From: a virus
Lineage: Duplodnaviria; Caudoviricetes
Length of the DNA: 64,000 bases
Virus record (IMG/VR): IMGVR_UViG_3300022752_000013
Strand: one strand, 5' to 3'
Shown: positions 36,529 through 44,658 of the stretch, in pieces
Numbering within the stretch: the stretch's first letter is position 1
Layout: each line of letters opens with the position of its first letter
The notes under the pieces: generated by a model
Database searches by the model: none
The model's input: only the letters and a program-made list of their open reading frames with translations
What the model was told of the DNA's origin: nothing
Position numbers and translations under genes: made by a program

Positions 36529-37301
36529 CACCCCGACAAAGAATCAAACACATCACCAAGTGGATCAAAGCCTACGCCCGGAGTGCCAAAATTGACACTT
36601 TGGTGGTGGGAATTTCCGGCGGCATTGACTCCAGTGTGGTATCCACTCTGTGTGCCGAAACAGGACTCAAGACCATTGTGGTTCAAATGCCAATCCGTCA
36701 AAATCGGAAACTAGATAATCGTAGCAGTATGCAGGCCAACTGGTTGCTGGAACGTTACAAAAACGTCACCCATGTGAGCATGGATCTAACCCCAGTGTTC
36801 ACATCATTTGAAAAGAAACTTGAACCCATTTGCCGAGACAGCACGGACATAACCCTAGCATTTGCCAACAGCCGTGCTAGATTGCGCATGATGACTCTAT
36901 ATCAAATTGCGCAAAGTTATGGTGGAATTGTGGTAGGCACAGGCAACCGGGTAGAGGATTTTGGTGTGGGCTTCTTTACCAAGTACGGTGACGGTGGCGT
37001 GGACATCAGCCCCATTGGCGACTGCATGAAAACAGACGTTTGGGCTATGGGCAGTGAATTTGGTTTGCCACAAGAAATCATTGACGCAGAACCCACTGAC
37101 GGACTCTGGGATGATGACCGCACAGACGAAGGACAACTGGGCATGACCTATCCTGAACTGGAACGAACTATGTGGCTGGACGAGTCCGGAGACCAGTCTG
37201 TAACCAGTACAGAAAAAGCAAATCTTAAAAAGTATCGAGCAATTCGCGCCAGAAATCTGCACAAGATGGAACCAATTCCTGTGTGCAAAATATCTGAGTA
37301 A
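36525..37301 (+). CDS. nadE: NH3-dependent NAD+ synthetase
   Basis: GISGGIDSS, NSRARLRM, GTGN, FFTKYGDGGVD, PTDGLW..TDE..LGMTY; no glutaminase domain. Confidence 0.92.
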   Translation: MTPRQRIKHITKWIKAYARSAKIDTLVVGISGGIDSSVVSTLCAETGLKTIVVQMPIRQNRKLDNRSSMQANWLLERYKNVTHVSMDLTPVFTSFEKKLEPICRDSTDITLAFANSRARLRMMTLYQIAQSYGGIVVGTGNRVEDFGVGFFTKYGDGGVDISPIGDCMKTDVWAMGSEFGLPQEIIDAEPTDGLWDDDRTDEGQLGMTYPELERTMWLDESGDQSVTSTEKANLKKYRAIRARNLHKMEPIPVCKISE

Positions 37302-37383
37302 ACTACGCCGTTTACACCAAAACGGTACCATTTTTGCCCGGTCTGAGCCCGGTTCTGCAACCCATTGAGTAAGTAAAACTACC

Positions 37384-37959
37384 ATGAAAGCACAAGTAAA
37401 CCACATCAGCGATCAAATCGCAATCTGGAGTTCAAGGGCGTTCCGAGTCGCAGGACTTTGGATCATTGCCCTTGCGGTGATCGCTGTATGCAATCACAAA
37501 CTCAGCGAACTCCGCGCAGGTGTTGAAGCCATGCCAGCGGGCTATGTCAGCACTACAGAAAAAATCAAGCAACTGGAATGCTTGACTCGCAACATCTACT
37601 GGGAAGCAGCCTCGGAGCCTTTTGAAGGCAAAGTAGCAGTGGCCCAAGTCACAATGAACCGTGTGGCCCACGGAAAATTTGGTGATTCAGTTTGCGGTGT
37701 GATCTATCAAAAAAACGTATTCTATGAACGAGTAATTTGCCAGTTCAGTTGGGTGTGTGAAACCACACACAAAACTCGACCAGTACACCCGCCCTTGTGG
37801 GCAGAATCTGAATTGGTGGCCAAAAAAGTTCTATTAGAAAACTTTAGACTGCCCGGCTTAAAAGGCGCACTTTATTATCATGCAGATTATGTCAGCCCGG
37901 GCTGGAAACTGCCCAAAATTGATAAAATTGGTCGTCACATCTTTTACGGAGAACGCTAA
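37384..37959 (+). CDS. SleB-like cell wall hydrolase (Hydrolase_2) with N-terminal TM
   Basis: CLTRNIYWEA..GKVAVAQVTMNRV..CQFSW..LYYHADY..IGRHIFY. Confidence 0.88.
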   Translation: MKAQVNHISDQIAIWSSRAFRVAGLWIIALAVIAVCNHKLSELRAGVEAMPAGYVSTTEKIKQLECLTRNIYWEAASEPFEGKVAVAQVTMNRVAHGKFGDSVCGVIYQKNVFYERVICQFSWVCETTHKTRPVHPPLWAESELVAKKVLLENFRLPGLKGALYYHADYVSPGWKLPKIDKIGRHIFYGER

Positions 37960-38273
37960 TGCCTTTCAATCTGCCTGTCACAATCATTGCCATTCGTGAC
38001 TACATTACCAACAGCCTGGCAACTCTTTCAGCAGACACTCTGGGCTGGTTGTCGGTCATAGTGTTGCATTGTGCAACCCTGCCCAGTTTCTTGGCCTTGA
38101 TGACCGGACTGAGCGATAAAACTCCGGGTCTGGACATGATCTTTTTCTTGTGGAGTGGCCTGATCCTGCTGTTCCTACGGGCAGTGGTGCTCCGGGACAT
38201 GTTGAACATCATCACAATTGGGTTTGGATTTATACTGCAAGCAGGATTCATGGCCCTGATCCTGTTTAAGTAA
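37959..38273 (+). CDS. small multi-pass membrane protein
   Basis: About three hydrophobic helices; coupled to the hydrolase gene. Confidence 0.7.
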   Translation: MPFNLPVTIIAIRDYITNSLATLSADTLGWLSVIVLHCATLPSFLALMTGLSDKTPGLDMIFFLWSGLILLFLRAVVLRDMLNIITIGFGFILQAGFMALILFK

Positions 38274-38771
38274 ATGACCCCTGAAGAAATTGAACAAAAG
38301 TTAACTGACTGGATGGTTAACTTTGTTGAACAGCCTCACCCTGGCTTGGGTCAGTGGGCACCATGCCCTTATGCTAGACAGGCCAGAATTACTAATCAAA
38401 TCAAGATTGTGCATAGTGGCCACCAAAGATTGATGGCCACAGTTGAACAACAGTTACCCGAGTTAGAATACAAAGAAGTTGTGGTCATTTGTTTTGATCA
38501 TACCAAAATTTCTGCCCTGGATCTAGAAAAACTAATTAAAGTATACAACCAGCAGGTGCTGATGGCAAGAAACTATGTGATCCTTGAGGATCATCCGGAT
38601 GCTGTGGAATTGGTCAATGGTGTTCACATGAACTTTGGTCATTGTGGGCTATTGGTAATTCAACGACTAGACAAACTAACAACAGCAAGTGAACAACTCA
38701 AATCAAAAGGCTACTACAATACCTGGAATCAGGCTGAACTGGATCAGGTGGTAACATGGCGAAGTCAATGA
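38274..38771 (+). CDS. DUF1415-like protein
   Basis: WMVNFVE..PCPYARQA; LEDHP. Confidence 0.55.
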   Translation: MTPEEIEQKLTDWMVNFVEQPHPGLGQWAPCPYARQARITNQIKIVHSGHQRLMATVEQQLPELEYKEVVVICFDHTKISALDLEKLIKVYNQQVLMARNYVILEDHPDAVELVNGVHMNFGHCGLLVIQRLDKLTTASEQLKSKGYYNTWNQAELDQVVTWRSQ

Positions 38772-39196
38772 AATTTTGCAGAATCAATCTGTCAAAAACC
38801 AACTACAGTTATTATCCCGGTGCTGAACGATTTACCTGGGCCAGCGGCCTGGCACCATATGAACAGATCTATCGTGATTACTGTGCCCACAAACAGTTTG
38901 AGAGCGTGATGCCTTTGTTCTTGCAACAGTTTCAAGACTCACACAACGACACACATGTGTATCGGAATGGCACAGATATCGTGGCCTGGAGCCTGTGTCG
39001 ACGCTGGGACAGTTGCAATGCAGAAAGTCTACAGTTTGCCTGGAACTATCATGAACCAGAACTGGAACTGGGCAGACGCAGTCTTGAACATGAATGTGCC
39101 TACTACAAACAACTGGGTTATGAATATTTGTATCTAGGTCAAGCGTCTGAATACAAGACTCGCTTTGATGGTTACGAAGAATTAGGAAGACTATAA
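38756..39196 (+). CDS. ATE_C/Bpt-like aminoacyl-transferase domain (stand-alone)
   Basis: YRDY, LG..SL..E..LGYEYLYLG, YKTRF..YEEL. Confidence 0.6.
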   Translation: MAKSMKFCRINLSKTNYSYYPGAERFTWASGLAPYEQIYRDYCAHKQFESVMPLFLQQFQDSHNDTHVYRNGTDIVAWSLCRRWDSCNAESLQFAWNYHEPELELGRRSLEHECAYYKQLGYEYLYLGQASEYKTRFDGYEELGRL

Positions 39197-39528
39197 TGGA
39201 CTTGTATACAATCTGGGCAGATAAACAAGGTGACATCACTGACTTGGAATGGGTCAACGGAATGAAGAGTTTCTTTGATCACCTAATCTCAGAAGGTAAA
39301 ATGGAGACGTACAGAATTACCAGATGCAAGATGGGATTCCGTAGCATAGCAGACATGCCAGAATGGATGATCATCATGGAGTTTAAGGACATGGGTCAAA
39401 TGGATTCAGCGTTCCGTCGTGTGGCTCCACTGGAAGGCGAATTGGAAGTCAAGCACAAAAGTTTCAACCAGTTTGTTTCGGGCAACATACAACACGCCTT
39501 GTTTAGAGACTGGCCCGATCAGTTCTAG
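39196..39528 (+). CDS. DUF6614-like dimeric alpha/beta barrel protein
   Basis: MDLYTIW..HL..EG..YRITR.K.GF..IMEF.DMGQMD.AF. Confidence 0.55.
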   Translation: MDLYTIWADKQGDITDLEWVNGMKSFFDHLISEGKMETYRITRCKMGFRSIADMPEWMIIMEFKDMGQMDSAFRRVAPLEGELEVKHKSFNQFVSGNIQHALFRDWPDQF

Positions 39529-39542
39529 TACTTTGGTATTAC
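39525..39542. promoter_or_regulatory. palindrome copy 6
   Basis: CTAGTAC-TTTG-GTATTAC abutting the -35. Confidence 0.65.
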
Positions 39543-39571
39543 TTGACTAGGAATCATGTTTCTGCTATAAT
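39543..39571 (+). promoter_or_regulatory. sigma70-type early promoter
   Basis: TTGACT-17-TATAAT. Confidence 0.8.
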
Positions 39572-39577
39572 GTAGAC

Positions 39578-39805
39578 ATGTTTGAGACTTCTACACACAC
39601 ATTCCGGACGCTGAGGCCTAAAGACACTGACTTTAATTTCAGCCCCGACGGTATAACACTGATACCACGTGCAGGAATTGAGATTTCAAACAATTGCCCC
39701 GACAACTATTTTCAGATACTTCAAACTTGTATCAACAAAGGATGGATCAAGCCTGTTGCCCACATGCGAGATACAGAATACACCATGGAGTTACTATACA
39801 AATGA
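39578..39805 (+). CDS. hypothetical protein
   Basis: 75 aa ORF after the promoter. Confidence 0.7.
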   Translation: MFETSTHTFRTLRPKDTDFNFSPDGITLIPRAGIEISNNCPDNYFQILQTCINKGWIKPVAHMRDTEYTMELLYK

Positions 39806-40017
39806 CTGATACTGATCCCACCGACTATGGTACTGTGGGAGTAAAAGACGATGCTATTGCTTTTCACTCTCATGGCGGTCAAGAAATGCTCAGAATAACA
39901 CCTGATGGTTTTTGGGTGCGTGGGGAAAAGATTCCTGCGGATGACAAAGAAGCCCAATCAGTATATAATGCATTTAAACAGTGGCTGGCTTGGGCCAGTA
40001 TTCAACGAGAGGAATAA
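39802..40017 (+). CDS. hypothetical protein
   Basis: ATGA coupling; EMLRITPDGFWVRG. Confidence 0.65.
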   Translation: MTDTDPTDYGTVGVKDDAIAFHSHGGQEMLRITPDGFWVRGEKIPADDKEAQSVYNAFKQWLAWASIQREE

Positions 40018-40019
40018 TT

Positions 40020-40412
40020 ATGACCATGCACTTACATCACCCCAGTCTCAGCCTCAACGGTCGCAAGAAGGGCAAAGTAAAATTTCGTAATGCTGAAGAA
40101 GCACAACGTGCCCGTGAACTCGATGCAAGTTGGAAAGAACTACTCAAACGCCAAGGCCTTGAGTTAGAAGAAAAGCGTCGCAAACGTGCTATGAAGGCCG
40201 AGCCCTTGGTATACAAATTGTCCGCACCAGAAGGCCGTATGACCACGCATCATATTCCCAGTGTTGACACAGGTGGCAACGCCACCTTGGCACCGCCAAA
40301 AGTATACACAGGTACCAAGGTCAAAGGTATTGCTACCATGCACAAATCAAATGCTGTACCTGTGTTCTCAGACGAAGAAGCAGTAGAAATTTCCAGAATG
40401 CGTCGTGGATGA
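40020..40412 (+). CDS. hypothetical T4-like phage protein
   Basis: YTG..VKGIATMHKSNAVPVF; RBS GAGGA. Confidence 0.75.
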   Translation: MTMHLHHPSLSLNGRKKGKVKFRNAEEAQRARELDASWKELLKRQGLELEEKRRKRAMKAEPLVYKLSAPEGRMTTHHIPSVDTGGNATLAPPKVYTGTKVKGIATMHKSNAVPVFSDEEAVEISRMRRG

Positions 40413-40450
40413 TTAAAAAACGTTTATTAACCTATAAAGGAGATTTTGAA

Positions 40451-40843
40451 ATGGGTGGTATGTGGGAAAAAGATGAAGTGGTTCGCTTGCTCAGAAGCCA
40501 GCCTGGCACTCAATATCAAGAAGCAGATGATCAGGTCAAAGAACAAATACGTGAATGGATTAGAGGCCTATTACAAAACAGTGAAGCCACTGTGACATTC
40601 ACCAAAGCAGATGGTACCGACCGTGACATGTTGTGTACGCTGGATCACAGTAGAATCCCTGTTCGACCGGTAGCACCAACCACAAGTACCGCTCCAGTGG
40701 ATGGCATTGTGCGTGAGAGTCGGAAACCCAAAAAAGAACCCGACCCGCACAGTATCCGTGTGTTTGATTTGGAAAAGCAGGAGTGGCGCAGTTTCCGTTT
40801 TGAACGACTCAAAAAGGTCACGGCTACCCTGGATTTCCAATAA
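40451..40843 (+). CDS. WYL_2/DUF2693-like SH3-fold protein
   Basis: VTFTKADGTDRDMLCTL..VFDLEKQEWRSFR. Confidence 0.7.
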   Translation: MGGMWEKDEVVRLLRSQPGTQYQEADDQVKEQIREWIRGLLQNSEATVTFTKADGTDRDMLCTLDHSRIPVRPVAPTTSTAPVDGIVRESRKPKKEPDPHSIRVFDLEKQEWRSFRFERLKKVTATLDFQ

Positions 40844-40853
40844 GTAATTGCTT

Positions 40854-41072
40854 ATGGCAAAAGAAGATATTATAAACATGGAAGGCCGTGTTGAAGAGGT
40901 ACTACCGGCTACCATGTTTAGGGTCAAGTTAGACAACATAGACGCTCAGGTATTAGGACACTTGAGTGGGCGTATGCGCAAAAACAACATCAAGGTGTTG
41001 CTAGGAGATCGGGTTGAAATGGAATTTTCACCCTACGATCTTACCAAGGGTCGTATTACCCGACGCAAGTAA
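40854..41072 (+). CDS. infA: translation initiation factor IF-1
   Basis: [43 protein letters not shown]. Confidence 0.95.
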   Translation: MAKEDIINMEGRVEEVLPATMFRVKLDNIDAQVLGHLSGRMRKNNIKVLLGDRVEMEFSPYDLTKGRITRRK

Positions 41073-41074
41073 AC

Positions 41075-42640
41075 ATGTATCATGTAAAATTAAATGATTC
41101 AACTGCTCGAGTACTATTCCTTGGCAACAACAATGAATCTACAGATCATCAAGTGTCAACTCTGGCAACAGAACACGACATTGTCAATCATGGACTAGTA
41201 ATCGAATCTAAGGTTGTTCATGACCAACCAGGATTTTATCATACCACTGTGGTAGACATTCCCTGGGGCGATTTAATTTCATTTGCATCAAAATTTGATT
41301 TGATTGTCATGTTAGATCAGCCGCAGGCTCAATGGAGTCATTGGAAATGCATGCAGGCCACATTTAAGTTAATGGTCAAACTGGAACAAATGGGGTGTGA
41401 TACTGTATTTCGTAACAATAAAAATATTAAAAAAATCTTATATTGGTCCGACTTGGTGTACAAAGAAAACAAAAGTTTTTGTATATACCCATGGATTAAT
41501 TTCTTCAATGACGGAAAAGAACTTAGATTATGTTCACGTGCTGACACTGCGGTGACCAAAATTGATCAATTTCAAGACTGGAAGTCTGATCCTAATTATA
41601 CCCAAATTCGCGATTCAATGTTACAAGGTCACAAACTGCCAGAACATTGCAAAGTGTGTTATGAGTATGAAGATCATGACATTGAAAGTTACAGGCAATT
41701 TGAAACCATGGACTGGGCAGTGCAATTGGATTTAGAAACAGTTGAAGATCTGGAGAAAATTCAACACCCTTATTTTTACGAAATTCACACAGGTAATCAT
41801 TGCAACATCAAATGTAGAGGTTGTCAACCAGCGTTCAGTGAGCCCATTGGTAAAGAATTAAAAAAATTCAATATTGTCACACCCGGTACCATGATGTGGA
41901 CTCCCAGCACGTCAACTCTAGATCAAATCAGCATAGACGACTTAGACAGCAAATCTACTGTTTATTTTCAAGGCGGCGAACCCACGATCATGCCAGAAGT
42001 TCTGGACTTTATGAAACAGTGCATCAAGAAAAATCAGACAGATTTCAATCTCACCATGTGTACCAACGGAGTAAAATTTTCTGACGAATTTTTAGAAACA
42101 GTTTCGCATTTTCCCAACACCAATTTTAGTTTCAGCATTGATGGGTACGCCAAGGTCAATGACTACTGGAGATCAGGATCCAAATGGGACCGAGTCATAG
42201 CAAATGCACACATGATACAGAATCTTGGTCATTCTGTCAGTATTAACACTGTGCCGGGTATTTACAATGTGACCAACTTGCATCTGTTGTTTGAATTTTT
42301 AGATCGTGAATTCCCGTTTACTGCTATCTATCTACAAATCAATTACCTGGCTTGGCAGTCAGCATTCAATCATCCTCGTCAAGATCTAGTAGTTGAATCC
42401 ATGCTCAAATGCATGCAGACATCTGTGTATCATTCCAATGGTAAAAGTTGCAAAAGTGGTATAGACAGCATTTACAATCATTACAACAATAATCCAGTTT
42501 GTGACCTCAAAGATCTCAAAGATTTTTTTGCATACAACGATCAGTTGGACCGTGCTCGCGGCACAAAACTAGCAGATTACATACCTGAATTAGAGGCCGC
42601 AAGAAGTTACATTTTGGAACTCAATCATGAAACCATGTGA
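41075..42640 (+). CDS. radical SAM protein with SPASM/twitch-like domain and N-terminal extension
   Basis: CNIKCRGC, FQGGEPT, CTNG, FSIDG; FCIYPW..C..HCKVC. Confidence 0.85.
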   Translation: MYHVKLNDSTARVLFLGNNNESTDHQVSTLATEHDIVNHGLVIESKVVHDQPGFYHTTVVDIPWGDLISFASKFDLIVMLDQPQAQWSHWKCMQATFKLMVKLEQMGCDTVFRNNKNIKKILYWSDLVYKENKSFCIYPWINFFNDGKELRLCSRADTAVTKIDQFQDWKSDPNYTQIRDSMLQGHKLPEHCKVCYEYEDHDIESYRQFETMDWAVQLDLETVEDLEKIQHPYFYEIHTGNHCNIKCRGCQPAFSEPIGKELKKFNIVTPGTMMWTPSTSTLDQISIDDLDSKSTVYFQGGEPTIMPEVLDFMKQCIKKNQTDFNLTMCTNGVKFSDEFLETVSHFPNTNFSFSIDGYAKVNDYWRSGSKWDRVIANAHMIQNLGHSVSINTVPGIYNVTNLHLLFEFLDREFPFTAIYLQINYLAWQSAFNHPRQDLVVESMLKCMQTSVYHSNGKSCKSGIDSIYNHYNNNPVCDLKDLKDFFAYNDQLDRARGTKLADYIPELEAARSYILELNHETM

Positions 42641-43722
42641 TCTCAAGAGACGTATCACTTGTAGAAAATAATTTTATGTCAGCAACCGATTTACGCAAGC
42701 AATCTTTTTATAATTTCCAATTAGGTAAAATAGAGTTCTCCGCAGAAACAATCATACCTGCAACCGATGACATTGTTCCTTTTTTGAATTTATATGCAGT
42801 TTTGTATTATGGACATTTTCATAAACAAGTTTATATTGACAGATTTTTGCAGGTACGAAATCAATTAGTACAACAACTCATTGATTTGTCAGCATACAAG
42901 TCTTGTCAATGGTCGGATCATTTTTTTGAGAATAGGGGTTCATATCAAAGTGCATCATTTATCATGTACATGTGTAGACTGGCCAGTGACACGGTATGGA
43001 ATTTTCCTACATTGTGCAATTATAGTAAATGGGTAAATGGTGGTAGCAGGTCTGTGGCAACTGGCATGCATAAACGTGATCCGTGGAATAGTGTGTTGGG
43101 CTTCGAGTTAGTTGAATTAGGGCAATCAAGCACCATGCTATCTGATCCCAAAGAAATAACATCCACTGAGATGTTGCACAATGTTCTACAATTAGATAAC
43201 AACCCGCCACACGATTCAGCAAAAGTTATGTTAATCACTGAATTAATAAAAAATAAAATTTATTTTCTATCAATCGAAAACAAATTAGACAAGTTTGATA
43301 ATTTTAGTAATATTAACAGTTATAATATTTGGGATAGTTATTCCGCCTGGCGGAGTCAATACCCAATAAAACCAAAAATAAAAATATACACTAACTGGCC
43401 CGAACAAATACACAATTACTTCGACGCTTGGGACATAGTAGAAATTGAGTCTGGCCAACACATCATTGATGAAATTCAAGGCTTTGGCGGAAGATCAGGA
43501 AGATTGGAACGCTTTGCAACCGAGGAATACCGAAATCCTAAAGAAATCGTGGACCATGTGTTGTATGTAATTGATCCTAGACCAATTGAACTTGGTGAGT
43601 TGTTGATATGGATGGACATGGAACACAATGCTTACATCGAATCGGAATGGAAGTTTCTTTTGTATAGAAAAGCAGATATCTACAAAACCACTTACATTGA
43701 CACAAGTTATATCATGCAATAA
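42637..43722 (+). CDS. hypothetical protein
   Basis: 361 aa, AT-rich, coupled to the radical SAM gene. Confidence 0.7.
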   Translation: MISRDVSLVENNFMSATDLRKQSFYNFQLGKIEFSAETIIPATDDIVPFLNLYAVLYYGHFHKQVYIDRFLQVRNQLVQQLIDLSAYKSCQWSDHFFENRGSYQSASFIMYMCRLASDTVWNFPTLCNYSKWVNGGSRSVATGMHKRDPWNSVLGFELVELGQSSTMLSDPKEITSTEMLHNVLQLDNNPPHDSAKVMLITELIKNKIYFLSIENKLDKFDNFSNINSYNIWDSYSAWRSQYPIKPKIKIYTNWPEQIHNYFDAWDIVEIESGQHIIDEIQGFGGRSGRLERFATEEYRNPKEIVDHVLYVIDPRPIELGELLIWMDMEHNAYIESEWKFLLYRKADIYKTTYIDTSYIMQ

Positions 43723-43729
43723 ATACAAC

Positions 43730-44272
43730 ATGCGCAAACACATCGATTTATTAGAAGCAACAACCCGTCCAGCCAAATTGGAAACAATCCCTTTGCCATA
43801 CGGTGAAGACGACCTAAATCCTGTGCTCAGCGGAGACAGTATCAATTATCATTATGAGCATTTGGCCAAGGGCTATGCCAAACGCTACAACGCCGGCGAA
43901 GGTGATTCAGATTTCAATCGTGCTGGCAGTTTCTTACACAACAAGTTTTTTCCACAATTGCAACCTCCCAAAGGCAACAACCGCCCACGTGGTGCTGTAC
44001 TGGAACTGATTGAACGCAAGTTCAAGAGTTACGAAAACTTCCAGGATGAAGTTAAAAAAGTCGCAATGAAGATCCAAGGTTCTGGGTGGGTGTATTTGAG
44101 CACCGGTGGTGAAATCAAAACCATTCGCAATCATGCAGTGCGTACAGATATATGCGTACTTATTGACTGGTGGGAACATGTTTGGGCCTTGGACTACCAG
44201 TGGGAAAAAGAAAAATACCTGGACAATATCTGGCGTATCATCAATTGGGACGTTTGTTCTGATAGACTATAA
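43730..44272 (+). CDS. Fe/Mn superoxide dismutase with short leader MRKHIDLLE
   Basis: Ligand positions NYHY, FLHNKFF and DWWEH retained; QGSGWVYL; TAAATA at 43720-43725. Confidence 0.88.
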   Translation: MRKHIDLLEATTRPAKLETIPLPYGEDDLNPVLSGDSINYHYEHLAKGYAKRYNAGEGDSDFNRAGSFLHNKFFPQLQPPKGNNRPRGAVLELIERKFKSYENFQDEVKKVAMKIQGSGWVYLSTGGEIKTIRNHAVRTDICVLIDWWEHVWALDYQWEKEKYLDNIWRIINWDVCSDRL

Positions 44273-44284
44273 AGTAGGTACATT

Positions 44285-44605
44285 ATGAAACTAGAATCTG
44301 GCGCAGTTGAGAAACTTCGTGAACTTGTGGCTGAAGAAGGCAACCCTGATCTCATGCTCCGAGTGTTTGTGCAGGGTGGCGGCTGTTCGGGCATGAGTTA
44401 TGGATTCACTTTTGACGAAATGCAAAACGAAGATGACTTTGATTTTGCCTACGAAGAGGTGAAGGTAGTGGTCGACTCCATGAGCATGCAGTACCTGCAG
44501 GGTGCTACCATTGACTACAAAGAAGATATCATGGGCAGTAGTTTTGTAATCAACAATCCTCAAGCACAAACCACCTGCGGTTGCGGAAGCAGTTTTTCCG
44601 TGTAG
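44285..44605 (+). CDS. erpA: A-type Fe-S cluster carrier (ErpA/IscA)
   Basis: [28 protein letters not shown]. Confidence 0.9.
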   Translation: MKLESGAVEKLRELVAEEGNPDLMLRVFVQGGGCSGMSYGFTFDEMQNEDDFDFAYEEVKVVVDSMSMQYLQGATIDYKEDIMGSSFVINNPQAQTTCGCGSSFSV

Positions 44606-44658
44606 CCCAAAACACATAGACCTTCTCTGCCGCTAAATACAGCAGAGGATACAGATCT

